Assembly (NCBI RefSeq): GCF_001194135.2
Contig: NC_069000.1
Span: 5,142,493-5,206,492, forward strand
Direction: 5' to 3'
DNA length: 64,000 nt
Origin: Octopus bimaculoides
Taxonomy: Eukaryota
Below, in pieces: positions 12,911 through 25,689 of this stretch. A program made the position numbers and the translations under genes. A model generated the notes under the pieces. It was given only the letters and a program-made list of their open reading frames with translations. It did not search any database and was not told the origin of the DNA. Numbering within the stretch: the first letter of the stretch is position 1; each line of letters starts with the position of its first letter.

Positions 12911-13117
12911 TCACTCCTTCAACATGCTGTACGCACAGAGCATCGCGCTCCTGCCCAGCAGTCGCATGAACGCCTTCTCCGTAATGCGCAACGCTGCCAG
13001 AGCCTTTTCAGCCTCACGGTTCCTACTGGGCAGTGGAACACTTGTACCAGTACGCCGGCGAATGATATTATTCTTAGAGGATAACAAGAAATCGAAACGT
13101 CGAATTGCTATATCAAC
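12911..13117 (-). CDS. Coding-like segment of unknown origin (host exon or TE relic)
   Basis: CpG/GC-rich island; 68 open codons VDIAIRRFDFLLSSKNNIIRRRTGTSVPLPSRNREAEKALAALRITEKAFMRLLGRSAMLCAYSMLKE* after TTTCAGTTAG; the plus ORF 12906-13121 reads like its antisense shadow. Confidence 0.3.
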   Translation of the reverse strand, partial: VDIAIRRFDFLLSSKNNIIRRRTGTSVPLPSRNREAEKALAALRITEKAFMRLLGRSAMLCAYSMLKE

Positions 13118-14993
13118 CTAACTGAAACCACGCTTGGTTCTATGACACACAGTCTCTGTATTAACCTGGTTTAAATTAAATGCCTGCCTTCATGAATTCA
13201 TGTCAACCTCTGGTCGAAACACCATCTTAATAACAGTAAAGCTATTCTACTAAATTCTTCATTATCTTCAAAATTATTTGAAACAAAGTCAGTGTATTCC
13301 AACAGAAATTTGGTAACAAAAGAGTTAAATGCTGAAGACTGGTTAATATATTCATCTGTGAGAGTTTTCTTTTGAGACGAAAAGGTAAAAGAAAAACTGA
13401 AAGAAATATATTTACGCATTTTATTTTTTTAATGGTGATATTCTTTCGACAATTTTTCATATTAAGAGAAGAAAATAAATAAATAAGATATCATATAAAA
13501 GCTGATTGAAAATAGAAAATAACACATATTGTATTGAAATTAGACTAAGAAAAGAAATATGTAACGTTTTCAGTATACGGATTGGGTAGGAGGGGAAGAG
13601 AAGGGAGTTGTTCGGTTTGCCACTTAAGACAAGAGGTTTTATGAAAATCTAGAGAGAACGTAATATATAACTTGAAAATTCCCTTTCAATTTCAAGTATT
13701 AAACACATATACACACAATATATGCATGAATGTGTGTGCGTGTTTATGTGTGTGTGTATATATGTATATANNNNNNNNNNNNNNNNNNNNNNNNNNNNNN
13801 NNNNNNNNNNNNNNNNNNNNNNNNNNNNNNNNNNNNNNNNNNNNNNNNNNNNNNNNNNNNNTATATATATATATATATATGCTTATATAAATACAATCTG
13901 TGTGAATACATTTATATCTGTAAACTTGTTTACACAAGTAAATACATTCTCTGCGCGAGTGTGTGTGCGTATGTGTGCGTATATGTGTAGATACATACAT
14001 ACATGCATACATAAATATAGACACACAGAGAAAGACAGAAAAAGAAAGAATGAAAGAGAAAGACAGAGGAGAGGGGCGACACAGTATGTTTGAAAGCAAA
14101 GAGGCTTGCTTCGCAACCCGGAGGGCTTGGCTTTATTCGGGCTTCATGACATATTTAGTAATTATAATAGTTTTTGCCCTGAGAGACGACAGTGTGTAAA
14201 AATTTTAATAAACAACAACTTATTAAATCTCTTCCGATAGATTTAAACTGCAATCCAAAGCATACAAGATGGTTACGCGCACAGGGTCACGTTAATTTTG
14301 CATGAAACCTACAATGTGGGTGCATAGGTTCACAGCGATTTAGACTGTAATCTAATAAGTAAGTGATTCGGCTGATTGAGAAACTAAATCCTCATCAACG
14401 AACGAAGGAGATCCACCATATTTGTAAATTTATGATTTTGTAAGTATGTGTGTCTGTACGTGCGCGCGCGCGTCTATGTGAGTGCGTGTGTGTGTGTGTT
14501 TATGTGTGTGTGTGCGTGGTTGGAAGCACGTGGCTCAGTGTCATGATTCCGAATCGTGGCTGTGTGTGTTGTGTATCTTTCTATATTTGTCTATATCTGT
14601 CTGCCTGTCTGCCTGTCTGCCTGGTTTGTCTGTCTGTCTGTCTGCCTCACTGTCTTTCTGAGCGTTTATCTATCTACATAGATGCATACATGCTTACATC
14701 TACACACATGCTCGTACATATTGTTACATATACACTCACACATACACACTCACACACACACGCGCACACACACACAGTTACATTAATCCAACTACATGCA
14801 TACGCAAACGCACCGACACGCCTACACACACACACGTATGTAAAGGTCTGTGCGCTTTTGCGGCAAAGCATTTATAAAGGCAAAAGCTGCTTTCGGCAGT
14901 TTAGATATGAGTGGAGAAAGGGAACAGAGGTTGAAAACATATCGGCAGCTTATAGCCTGATACACGCGCACACACGCGTGAACGTACGTCGTA

Positions 14994-15044
<51 letters not shown>

Positions 15045-15225
15045 GATGTGTTGAGACATATATATCCAGCGCACATGTATATTCTCCTCAATGCACATAC
15101 ATCACCTGAATGCATCTTTGCTTTGCTGAAAGTGAAAGATTGATGTAGTGATGCAAGAAAGAAAAAAAAAGAAAACTTTTGTATTGCCGTATATCACGAT
15201 GATAACATCGACGACAACGCCATTG

Positions 15226-15235
15226 ATAATAATAA

Positions 15236-15266
<31 letters not shown>

Positions 15267-15285
15267 AATAAAAATAATAATACTA

Positions 15286-15338
<53 letters not shown>

Positions 15339-15355
15339 AATAATAATGATAATGA

Positions 15356-15406
<51 letters not shown>

Positions 15407-15456
15407 TAGTAGTAGTAGTAGTAGTAGTAGAAGAAGAAGAAGAAGAAGAAGAAGAA

Positions 15457-15503
<47 letters not shown>

Positions 15504-15520
15504 AGAAGAAGAAGAAGAAG
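15226..15520. repeat. Compound (AAT)n-(GAT/AAT)-(GTA)n-(GAA)n
   Basis: Directly visible; ends exactly where the RT relic begins. Confidence 0.95.
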
Positions 15521-16085
15521 ATAATGCTGAAGCTGACTGGATAGAGCGTGAGAAAGTGAGCCTGAATGAAGTTGAATAGCAGACATGGAAGGCAATAGGA
15601 ATAGAAGAGCTAAAATGTATTCTTGGGAAGTCTCACAAATGGAAAACTCCAGGACTATACGGGATTGGTAACTTCTGGTTAAAATGTCTGACAGAAGTAC
15701 ACCAAAATTTAGTTACATCTCTGACTGACGGCATCCAGAACTTTCTTGGCTGACCGAAGGAACAACCTACCTTCTACCAAAAACTGAAGACACAAAATAG
15801 CTAAAGAACTACCGACCAATAACAAGTCTAAACGCCACCTACAAGATCCTCACATCCATATTAACTGGCACAATATACACTTTACTTGAACAAAGATCTA
15901 TCCTTCTACAAGCTCAAAAAGGTTGTAAAAGTAATTCTTACGGGTGCAATGATTAATTAATTAAAATTATTGTAGAGAATTGCCGGAGAAAAAACAAGAG
16001 GATGGCATGGATAGAATACAGGATTGTGTCCCTCAGAATTGGATATTCAAGGACCTTGAAATATATACGATCTCTCTTGTCATTT
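15520..16085 (+). mobile_element. Decayed non-LTR retrotransposon reverse transcriptase, R4/Dong clade
   Basis: With stops and frameshifts: KSHKWKTPGLYGIGNFWLK / SWLTEGTTYLLPK..*LKNYRPITSLNATYKILTSIL..QKGCKSNSYGCND*L..MAWIEY / DCVPQNWIFKDLEIY, matching WKAPGPD, NYRPITCL, QKG, AWIDY..YDSVPH.W. Confidence 0.85.
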
Positions 16086-16761
16086 CTTGGTACAGGTGGG
16101 TAGTGAAGCCAACCTCACGATGGATTACGCCGATTGTCAGATTCGTCCAACACACGGAAACAGGATCAGACATAATTTTCACAAGACCGAAATACGGCAA
16201 GCATGCTTGTAATACAGATTAGGTGCTCTAAGTGCTATCCTGACTGCAGTTCCGTGCCTGTTGGTTGTCTATCTCGACCCGTTGGTGCTCTTTAATGATA
16301 CTATGCGGTATAGAATTATTGGAATTTTTGCCTGGTACTACTCGGCATGAGAATGCTTTCAATCAGACGCCTACAAATAATTCGAGAACGTCATCTTTGT
16401 TACACGACATTTTATTTCAACATCTTGCTATCGTAGAATTTCCACCTACCGCTGCTTCTTAGTGTTGATACATATATTTTTTTAATATATTCAAATATAT
16501 TACAAGAATATCTGTTGAGAATTCTCCTTTACCGCATTGCGTAAGATAAGGTGTGTGTGAACAGAGTTGCCACATCAGGGAATGCTAATTCATATCAGTA
16601 TGCATTCATGCATTACACACACACGCACACACGCATACATAGACGCATTTATGCATATACAGAAAAATACAAAAGTTATATATTGATGGGTATATATTTA
16701 TATATAAATGCATAGATATATGCCTGAATAAATTAAATTAGATACGTGAATTTGTATACCA

Positions 16762-16835
<74 letters not shown>

Positions 16836-17651
16836 GTATATACACGTGCGCACACATGCACATATACGTGTGTGTGTCTGCGCGTGTGTGGGTATACATA
16901 GGAATCCTTCATATATATATATATAGACGCATGTGAGTGTGTTTTATGCGAGAAATTGGTGATGGGTTTATGGTGTTTACATATAGATAAATTACGAATC
17001 CGATACATGCGTGTCTGTGTTGTTTATTCGTGTGCGTTTTTTTTTTTTTTTCAGCCTGAAATTGTATGACATTAATCGAAAAACATCTCATTCTCTCTGC
17101 CTAACTATATACATACACGCATACATACATACATGCGTATATACACGCACACATACATACATACATACCTACATACATAAGTTTATACATTCACATTTTC
17201 ACACTCACTGAATTACACTCACTCACACCCACCCATACACACACACACACATATATATATATATATTGAATATTTCAAATCTATCAATCTCTATATCTCT
17301 ATTCATATGCGTATACATATGTATATGAATATGTCTTGTTTTATATATATATATATATGATATGTACGTATGTACGTCTATTGAAAGCCATAGTGAAAAT
17401 GGCGGTAAGACGAGAGAATACCATAAATCGTTTTCCAATCTACTCGAAATTATTGCATGTCGCTCAAATTCTTTTACTGCCCAATAATTTAAGTACAACC
17501 ATCAATTTCGAAAACTTGTCCGTCCACTCAAATTTTTTAATCTAAGTGCTACTGCATACTATCTGAGACCTATAACCAATAAGATAAATAGCATGGAGTT
17601 AATATTTGCTAAACTGTTATGAGCAGTATATATATATATATATATATATAT

Positions 17652-18616
17652 NNNNNNNNNNNNNNNNNNNNNNNNNNNNNNNNNNNNNNNNNNNNNNNNN
17701 NNNNNNNNNNNNNNNNNNNNNNNNNNNNNNNNNNNNNNNNNNNNNNNNNNNNNNNNNNNNNNNNNNNNNNNNNNNNNNNNNNNNNNNNNNNNNNNNNNNN
17801 NNNNNNNNNNNNNNNNNNNNNNNNNNNNNNNNNNNNNNNNNNNNNNNNNNNNNNNNNNNNNNNNNNNNNNNNNNNNNNNNNNNNNNNNNNNNNNNNNNNN
17901 NNNNNNNNNNNNNNNNNNNNNNNNNNNNNNNNNNNNNNNNNNNNNNNNNNNNNNNNNNNNNNNNNNNNNNNNNNNNNNNNNNNNNNNNNNNNNNNNNNNN
18001 NNNNNNNNNNNNNNNNNNNNNNNNNNNNNNNNNNNNNNNNNNNNNNNNNNNNNNNNNNNNNNNNNNNNNNNNNNNNNNNNNNNNNNNNNNNNNNNNNNNN
18101 NNNNNNNNNNNNNNNNNNNNNNNNNNNNNNNNNNNNNNNNNNNNNNNNNNNNNNNNNNNNNNNNNNNNNNNNNNNNNNNNNNNNNNNNNNNNNNNNNNNN
18201 NNNNNNNNNNNNNNNNNNNNNNNNNNNNNNNNNNNNNNNNNNNNNNNNNNNNNNNNNNNNNNNNNNNNNNNNNNNNNNNNNNNNNNNNNNNNNNNNNNNN
18301 NNNNNNNNNNNNNNNNNNNNNNNNNNNNNNNNNNNNNNNNNNNNNNNNNNNNNNNNNNNNNNNNNNNNNNNNNNNNNNNNNNNNNNNNNNNNNNNNNNNN
18401 NNNNNNNNNNNNNNNNNNNNNNNNNNNNNNNNNNNNNNNNNNNNNNNNNNNNNNNNNNNNNNNNNNNNNNNNNNNNNNNNNNNNNNNNNNNNNNNNNNNN
18501 NNNNNNNNNNNNNNNNNNNNNNNNNNNNNNNNNNNNNNNNNNNNNNNNNNNNNNNNNNNNNNNNNNNNNNNNNNNNNNNNNNNNNNNNNNNNNNNNNNNN
18601 NNNNNNNNNNNNNNNN
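17652..18616. other. Assembly gap (largest of 16 N-runs)
   Basis: Other gaps: 5676-5685, 6285-6394, 13771-13861, 19297-20077, 27657-27685, 29444-29453, 30530-30857, 34253-34777, 37245-37578, 40153-40162, 45578-45594, 52947-52956, 53414-53893, 56526-57231, 61156-61597; most touch (TA)n. Confidence 1.
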
Positions 18617-19019
18617 TATATATATATACGCATATATATATATATATATATATACGCCACTCACATAATAGTGTGGTATACCTCCACTTTGTCGTGAACT
18701 TCGACAAATTCATCATGGGAGGTGATATCACAAGCTTCCTGGTCTTGGTATTGCTGAAAGTTTTGGAGGTTAGCTGCAGGGCTTCAAAAAAGGGAGTGAG
18801 AGAGATGCATGTAAAGTTTTCTCTTTCTGAGGAGATATAAATTCCCAGTGACGGCCCTCTGGCAACTGTTATTGGGACTGTTCGTGGTGGTGCTGTCAAA
18901 CATGACCTCAATAATACGATATTTTACTCTTTGATTTTGCAGACTGTCAAGCGTTTTCAAGATACACTAAACCTGCAGGGGGACACTGTCATATCATTTT
19001 TACAGATATATTTACGGTG

Positions 19020-19246
19020 CATTTTGGAAAAACAAGTCGATATCCACTACCATCATCACTATAAGAGCTGGAGACTGTTTTAGCTGAAGAGTGGACAAAA
19101 ATTACCTTTGGAAACAATTCAAACTTTGTACATGTACATACCTCGTAGAATTCAAGCTGTAATTACTGCCAAAGGCGGCCCAACCCCATGTTAAAATAAA
19201 TTTGTTTGAAATTTTAAGGTGTTTCCGTTATTTCGTCCAACACCTG
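19020..19246 (+). mobile_element. Tc1-type transposon 3' end (transposase C-terminus plus right TIR)
   Basis: ILEKQV / RYPLPSSL*ELETVLAEEWTK / LETIQTLYMYIPRRIQAVITAKGGPTPC*; TIR GGTGTTTCCGTTATTTCGTCCAACACCTG 19218-19246 followed by TA. Confidence 0.9.
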
Positions 19247-19256
19247 TATACATACA

Positions 19257-19296
<40 letters not shown>

Positions 19297-20799
19297 NNNN
19301 NNNNNNNNNNNNNNNNNNNNNNNNNNNNNNNNNNNNNNNNNNNNNNNNNNNNNNNNNNNNNNNNNNNNNNNNNNNNNNNNNNNNNNNNNNNNNNNNNNNN
19401 NNNNNNNNNNNNNNNNNNNNNNNNNNNNNNNNNNNNNNNNNNNNNNNNNNNNNNNNNNNNNNNNNNNNNNNNNNNNNNNNNNNNNNNNNNNNNNNNNNNN
19501 NNNNNNNNNNNNNNNNNNNNNNNNNNNNNNNNNNNNNNNNNNNNNNNNNNNNNNNNNNNNNNNNNNNNNNNNNNNNNNNNNNNNNNNNNNNNNNNNNNNN
19601 NNNNNNNNNNNNNNNNNNNNNNNNNNNNNNNNNNNNNNNNNNNNNNNNNNNNNNNNNNNNNNNNNNNNNNNNNNNNNNNNNNNNNNNNNNNNNNNNNNNN
19701 NNNNNNNNNNNNNNNNNNNNNNNNNNNNNNNNNNNNNNNNNNNNNNNNNNNNNNNNNNNNNNNNNNNNNNNNNNNNNNNNNNNNNNNNNNNNNNNNNNNN
19801 NNNNNNNNNNNNNNNNNNNNNNNNNNNNNNNNNNNNNNNNNNNNNNNNNNNNNNNNNNNNNNNNNNNNNNNNNNNNNNNNNNNNNNNNNNNNNNNNNNNN
19901 NNNNNNNNNNNNNNNNNNNNNNNNNNNNNNNNNNNNNNNNNNNNNNNNNNNNNNNNNNNNNNNNNNNNNNNNNNNNNNNNNNNNNNNNNNNNNNNNNNNN
20001 NNNNNNNNNNNNNNNNNNNNNNNNNNNNNNNNNNNNNNNNNNNNNNNNNNNNNNNNNNNNNNNNNNNNNNNNNNNNNATATATATATATATATATATAAA
20101 TACATATACATATATATAAGCTGGTGTGTGTACGCATAGGCGTTCAGATTTCGCGAATAAACGCCAATAATATTCATTGCTACATCTCGTACCTATCTGA
20201 ACATACATCTAAACACATATAGAGTCCTCTTGAAAAGATTCAGCAGAGAGAGCTTGAGAAATAAAAGGTAGCGAAACGCTGTCAACTTTATTCTTAATGA
20301 TACGTCTTACAGCTAGTTGATCATGGAATAATTGGAGAAATGAACCGTACCCACTTGGAGCTAACTAGCGTTAGGATAATTGAGTGAATGATAAAAACGA
20401 GTAGGAATACTATAAGACCTGCGCAAAGACAAGAAAATTCAATGTGAGAACTTATATATTAGAAAATATAAAATGAAGTGCTTGAAGGCTAAAACTCCGC
20501 CTGGATTTCTTTCTTCCTGTGGAGCGTCACATTGCTTCAGCATGCTTTTTTTTTTTTACGGAAACAGTGAATTAGCACGTATCGTCTTTGATATCGTGTA
20601 GCTATTTTCTATGGACGATGCCGTCAAGAATTATACAGCGCTTCTAGTGAACCGCCACATAATACCACAATGTATCTAGTACTGAAATTGAGTTGCATTT
20701 GAAAAGTATGCTATACACGACAATATAACGATAATTTAATATCAATACCGGCTAGATCAGTGTGTCGATATATATCTGAATATATTTATGCGTATACCT

Positions 20800-21090
<291 letters not shown>

Positions 21091-21771
21091 TACATACATT
21101 CTAACATACATACCTACGGGCATACATACATACATATATATACTCACATGGTTGCATACATATACATATGCATGTATGAATTGGCCTTTAACATTCGGCA
21201 AACAGTTTACGAACAATCAAATACGAAGTAAATTGTTGACGAGGCATTGAAGTAAAAATGAATAATAACATCTAGACCAATCTTATCAATACAAAATGGT
21301 TTTCTATAACTCAAGTCCAAACTAACCACATCCCATTTATTAACGGTTTCACTTCTGGTATAGCGTATAATCTAAATGTATATAATTTCTTGAAAGGACA
21401 GACTTGCCTTCCAAAAATGGAAATTGTCCGTAAATTATGTGAAAGTAGAATTATGCGATAGACATGCAACATTTGCAGTGTTAACTACGAAAGTTGTTAG
21501 CATTAGCATACCTCACATCATACGTATTTTATTTGTTCAATTCCGCATTCTTATGTAGAAATACAAATGTATTTATGCATTAAATTTACAAGTAGATGTG
21601 ATATGAACGCATACAAATATTACTTCAATGAGCATATAACTCACTTATTCGAAATACCGGAAAAAACAATCATCGTCGAAACAGACGTAGATACATTTAC
21701 TCATTTGCTCTCATTCTTTGTCTCCCCTTTATTTTCTTTCTTTATCTTTCTCTCGCATGGTATATATATAT

Positions 21772-21874
21772 ATCATCATCATTATCGTCGTCGTCGTCAT
21801 CATCATCATCATGACCATCATCAGCACCATCATCATCATCATCATCATCATCATCAGTAGCAGTAGTAGTAGTT

Positions 21875-21925
<51 letters not shown>
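21772..21925. repeat. (CAT/CGT)n-(TAG)n compound microsatellite
   Basis: Directly visible. Confidence 0.95.
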
Positions 21926-22449
21926 TACTGTTGTTGTGTCTGTTAGTTGTTTCTGCTCCTGTTGCTATTTGTGTTAACTCTGGTTATAATGGCCGCGATG
22001 ATGGCGCTGGTGGTGGCGATGATATTGCCGATGGTGGAGGTGATGGAGGCGGCGATGGTATAGTTTATTATTTCTCCTCCGACTTTGAAATTGGCTGTAA
22101 TTTATAGTTTTATTATTAAACCTTAGCATTTTCTTCATTTTTTTATTTTCATGTATTTTTTATTTATTATTTTTTTAAATTTCTTCCTTTATTTTTATTC
22201 TTTATTTCTTTTGTCGTTTTTTTCTTTCTTTCTCACTGCGCTGAGTTTAATCAGCAACGGAGCTTTAAACAGATGATTAAAGACTTCTAATGAAAATTAA
22301 ATGCTGGAAACATGCGGAAAGAATCTTTTCAAAAGACTTTCGACATTTAAAATGATTGCAACAAGCGGCAGAGGCATTCATTCACTCACCAATATCTAAG
22401 ACTTAATTATTTAGAAACGAGTTAAATCAAAGAAGAAGGAAAAACGATA

Positions 22450-22463
22450 ATAATGATAATAAC

Positions 22464-22544
<81 letters not shown>

Positions 22545-22704
22545 AAGAAGAAGAGTACAGCATGTGGTCAGAAATCCATTACCTTTGAAAATCCAATTTC
22601 AAGTGATTAGCTTGAAAATAAAAGAAGAAAAAAGAAAAAGAAATAGAAAAGGAAAACGAGATTCTTACATTTCCTTCATTTCGCACAAAATGGATTGCAT
22701 AAAG

Positions 22705-22747
<43 letters not shown>
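22450..22747. repeat. (AAT)n-(GAA)n and (TAC)n arrays
   Basis: Directly visible. Confidence 0.95.
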
Positions 22748-22849
22748 GCATTATGTGCTGGTATTTGTTGTGATTGGATTTTCCCCTTCTTGTAGTGTCG
22801 GGGAGAAAAAGGGGGCCGCGTCCATGGCGTTAGTAGACCGAGTGGGAGT

Positions 22850-23400
22850 GGTTAGTTTCGATGCCTTTGACGTCAATACTTTATGTAGGACAAAAGCTGG
22901 GTGTTGAGGGTCAATGTAGTGCCTGAAGAGATGACCAGACATAATGTGAATACACTGAAGAAGATAGTTGAACGTGTTGACTTTATCTGAGAGGAGATTT
23001 TGTATGAAAGCAGCTAGAGTCGAGAATCCGAGGTAATCGTGTTGGAGGAGAAGAGAAGTGACTGAGATAGAAAACAAGTACGTCTGTAAGGTTAGAAGCT
23101 GAGGAGATTTTTATTTTTCGTATGTGTGTGAAAGTCAACGAATCGATGGTACATTCTTTGAATGCAAGTTAAAGTGTTGATCGTGTTGGTGGGATTTTAG
23201 CATTTATACTATGCAAGGTCTGAGAGCAATTCTGCATTGCATTTCTGAAGGTATGGTAAATTGGTCAAACCCATTAACTGACATGCTACTTGACACAAAC
23301 ATAAAGATTACAGGAAATCTTGCGGGTGTTCTTGTCAAGTGCTATCAGCAGAGGAAGAGCCTCTTGATCAGTGTATTATCCCAGAAGTTGATATTGTAAC
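22850..23400 (-). mobile_element. Possible heavily decayed APE-endonuclease region of a CR1/Zenon-like LINE
   Basis: Fragments in the expected order: YT..RGL-like DNA (TACACTGATCAAGAGGCTCTT), DQFTIPS, LSDKVNTF..IHIMSGHLFRH, LTTPTR; several frameshifts needed. Confidence 0.35.
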
Positions 23401-24203
23401 TTTAAAAGAAAATAAGAATTATTCAAATATAAAGATCGGAAGATAAAATTTAAGCAGATTGCGGGTATTTTAAACTTAAGCATCGGCATAATAATAGATG
23501 TCTTGGGAAAGCAGACAAGCATGCATGATTAAATGCCTCAGGTCTTACTCGTAAGCGCATAATACATAAATTAGGACTGCTTGGTACGGCTGACATCTTA
23601 TATACATTTATTACAATAGAAAGGGAGATCAAAATAGTGCACATACCTTATGCAGACACTGTTGCATCTCACTTATGTAGCGAAAATGATGAGAGAAAGA
23701 TAAATCAAATTGAATATTATTATTAATTGGTCCTATTACGGGTAGAATGCCTTGAGATTGCTTGTAGGGATTCACCTGTCAATTGACACCAGAGTTTATG
23801 CGGAATTGTACTGTTTTCGACCCCGGTGAAATAAAAAAGTTAATATCACGCCACAGGGATTTCAGTTTAGAACAAAATGAATCACAATAAAATGCTACAT
23901 GGTGCTTTGTGGCTAATGTTTCGGTCAAACAACCAGCTTCTTGTTCAGAATGGGATTTTATTTGTCATATTCTTTCTAGTGAGGTCCGTTCTACGATAAT
24001 TAATGTAGCGATGCAAGAAATGTTTTCCATTGTTACGCTTTTGCTTTTGTTAAGAAAAATGAATAATTAACGTAATTCTCAGCTAAATAAAGCAGAGAAG
24101 ATAATCCTGGTATGCTATCAAATAAAAATTAATCTGAAAAGAATGTAGGTCATGCAGTAAGGTATTGTGAATTTTGTCTTGTTGGCATATAGACGAATCT
24201 TAC

Positions 24204-24331
24204 CCCTTATTTCGGTCTTATGAGATCTCATTAGTGAAGCACACATTGCAGGATTAAATCCACCGTTTGCATAGCAACATAATCGTAAGTTCGATGTAAT
24301 GAAACAAGACAATGAAATAAAAATCAACAAC
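24204..24331 (-). CDS. Candidate exon encoding a signal-peptide-like segment with a weak Reeler-like start
   Basis: Acceptor ATCTCTCTTTCCCGCAG|G, donor GGG|GTAAGA; single open frame LLIFISLSCFITSNLRLCCYANGGFNPAMCASLMRSHKTEIR. Confidence 0.4.
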
Positions 24332-24659
24332 CTGCGGGAAAGAGAGATATATTTTCATGGTTTACAACTGAATTGGCACTAATCAACACAAAATAACATC
24401 AGATCGTCACTCAATGAAGCTGGGCATGTTTAGTCTTATTACATCGAGTACTCCATTTCTTAACACAACCTTTTGTTTTAATATATGGTGAGATTCCTGA
24501 ATCGATGGAGGTTTGAGGTTTTTCAAATTTCGCTACTACATACCGGCTCCTCTATGCTATAAGTTTACCAAAGTATGCTTTCTTATATGAATTCTGCGTG
24601 CGTGTGCATGAGTGTGCGAGAGTGTGTGCATGACAAAGAAAAATCCCAACAATCTCTTC

Positions 24660-24955
24660 GGGCAAATAGTAAAACACAGTGTAAATAACGCAACACAGTG
24701 TATTATAGTAAAGGAAATCGTAGAAATAGTAAACAGCAGTGAAAATAGTATAATGTCATCGTGCAAATAGTAAATCACAGTATAAATAAAAGACCAGAGT
24801 GTATATATAGTAAATCACATCGTTTAAATACTATATCACATAGTAAAGGTTAAATCGCACCGTGTAAATAGTTATTCATAGTTAAATATCATATCACATT
24901 GTAAATAGTATAATTACACCGTGTAAATAGTATATAATAGTGTAAATAGAATAAT
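24660..24955. repeat. Degenerate minisatellite, unit about 17-21 bp (GTGTAAATAGTAAATCACA-like)
   Basis: Recurrent GTAAATA(G) and TCACA/ACAC words. Confidence 0.7.
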
Positions 24956-25689
24956 CGCATCAATGTTACCAACATTGTCAAGTCAATAAAGACAGACACC
25001 AACACCTATCTACGAAATATAAACGAAAATTAAAGAAGCTTAACCAGTTTATATCTACTAATCATTGAAAACTAATTAAAGTAGAACATTCTCTTGAGAT
25101 ATTATGTATCGGTTCTGAGGTCAACGCTGCTAATGGTCAGCCATATCAATCTAAGAACTGACCACTGACCACGTAGTCGATGTGTAGGCTCTGTCTTAAT
25201 ACGTAATGCATTTACGCCAATAACGTCTTCACTAATTCACCTATGTATCATTAGGTCTAGACTATACAACATAAAGCTGTCTTTATTCGCTTACTGTTTG
25301 ATATTAAAGTCTTAAATCTTATTTTAATATCAATTATTTATTGCAAAAGCGAAGACATTTCGATGTAGCCATTTTGCCTGCTCGAAATAACAGCCAAAAC
25401 TCGACCCAACGAATCATGGTCTTTGTGAATCTTTTTATTTCCCTTTACTCTGCCCCGCCAGGTTAGTAAAAACATTGTCATTCTAGTGTTATATTATTTT
25501 TGTAAAGTAATATACGTAATTATAAAATATACATATGAATGTATGTATGTATGTATATATATATTTACATTCATATACCATGTGTAATTACGTACATGGC
25601 GTAAATTTATAAACCACACAAAGCCGTGACAATAGGGATTTTTACTATCTTTCCAAACCATTCAGTCTACCGTCTTTAGTTCTACGCGA

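Noticed and set aside
15148-15579. 143-aa ORF with poly-I/V/E
   Set aside because: A microsatellite in frame with the first codons of the dead RT.
17396-17410. AAAATGGCG|GTAAGA mini first exon or YY1 motif
   Set aside because: Sits directly after a microsatellite with no promoter context; expected by chance.
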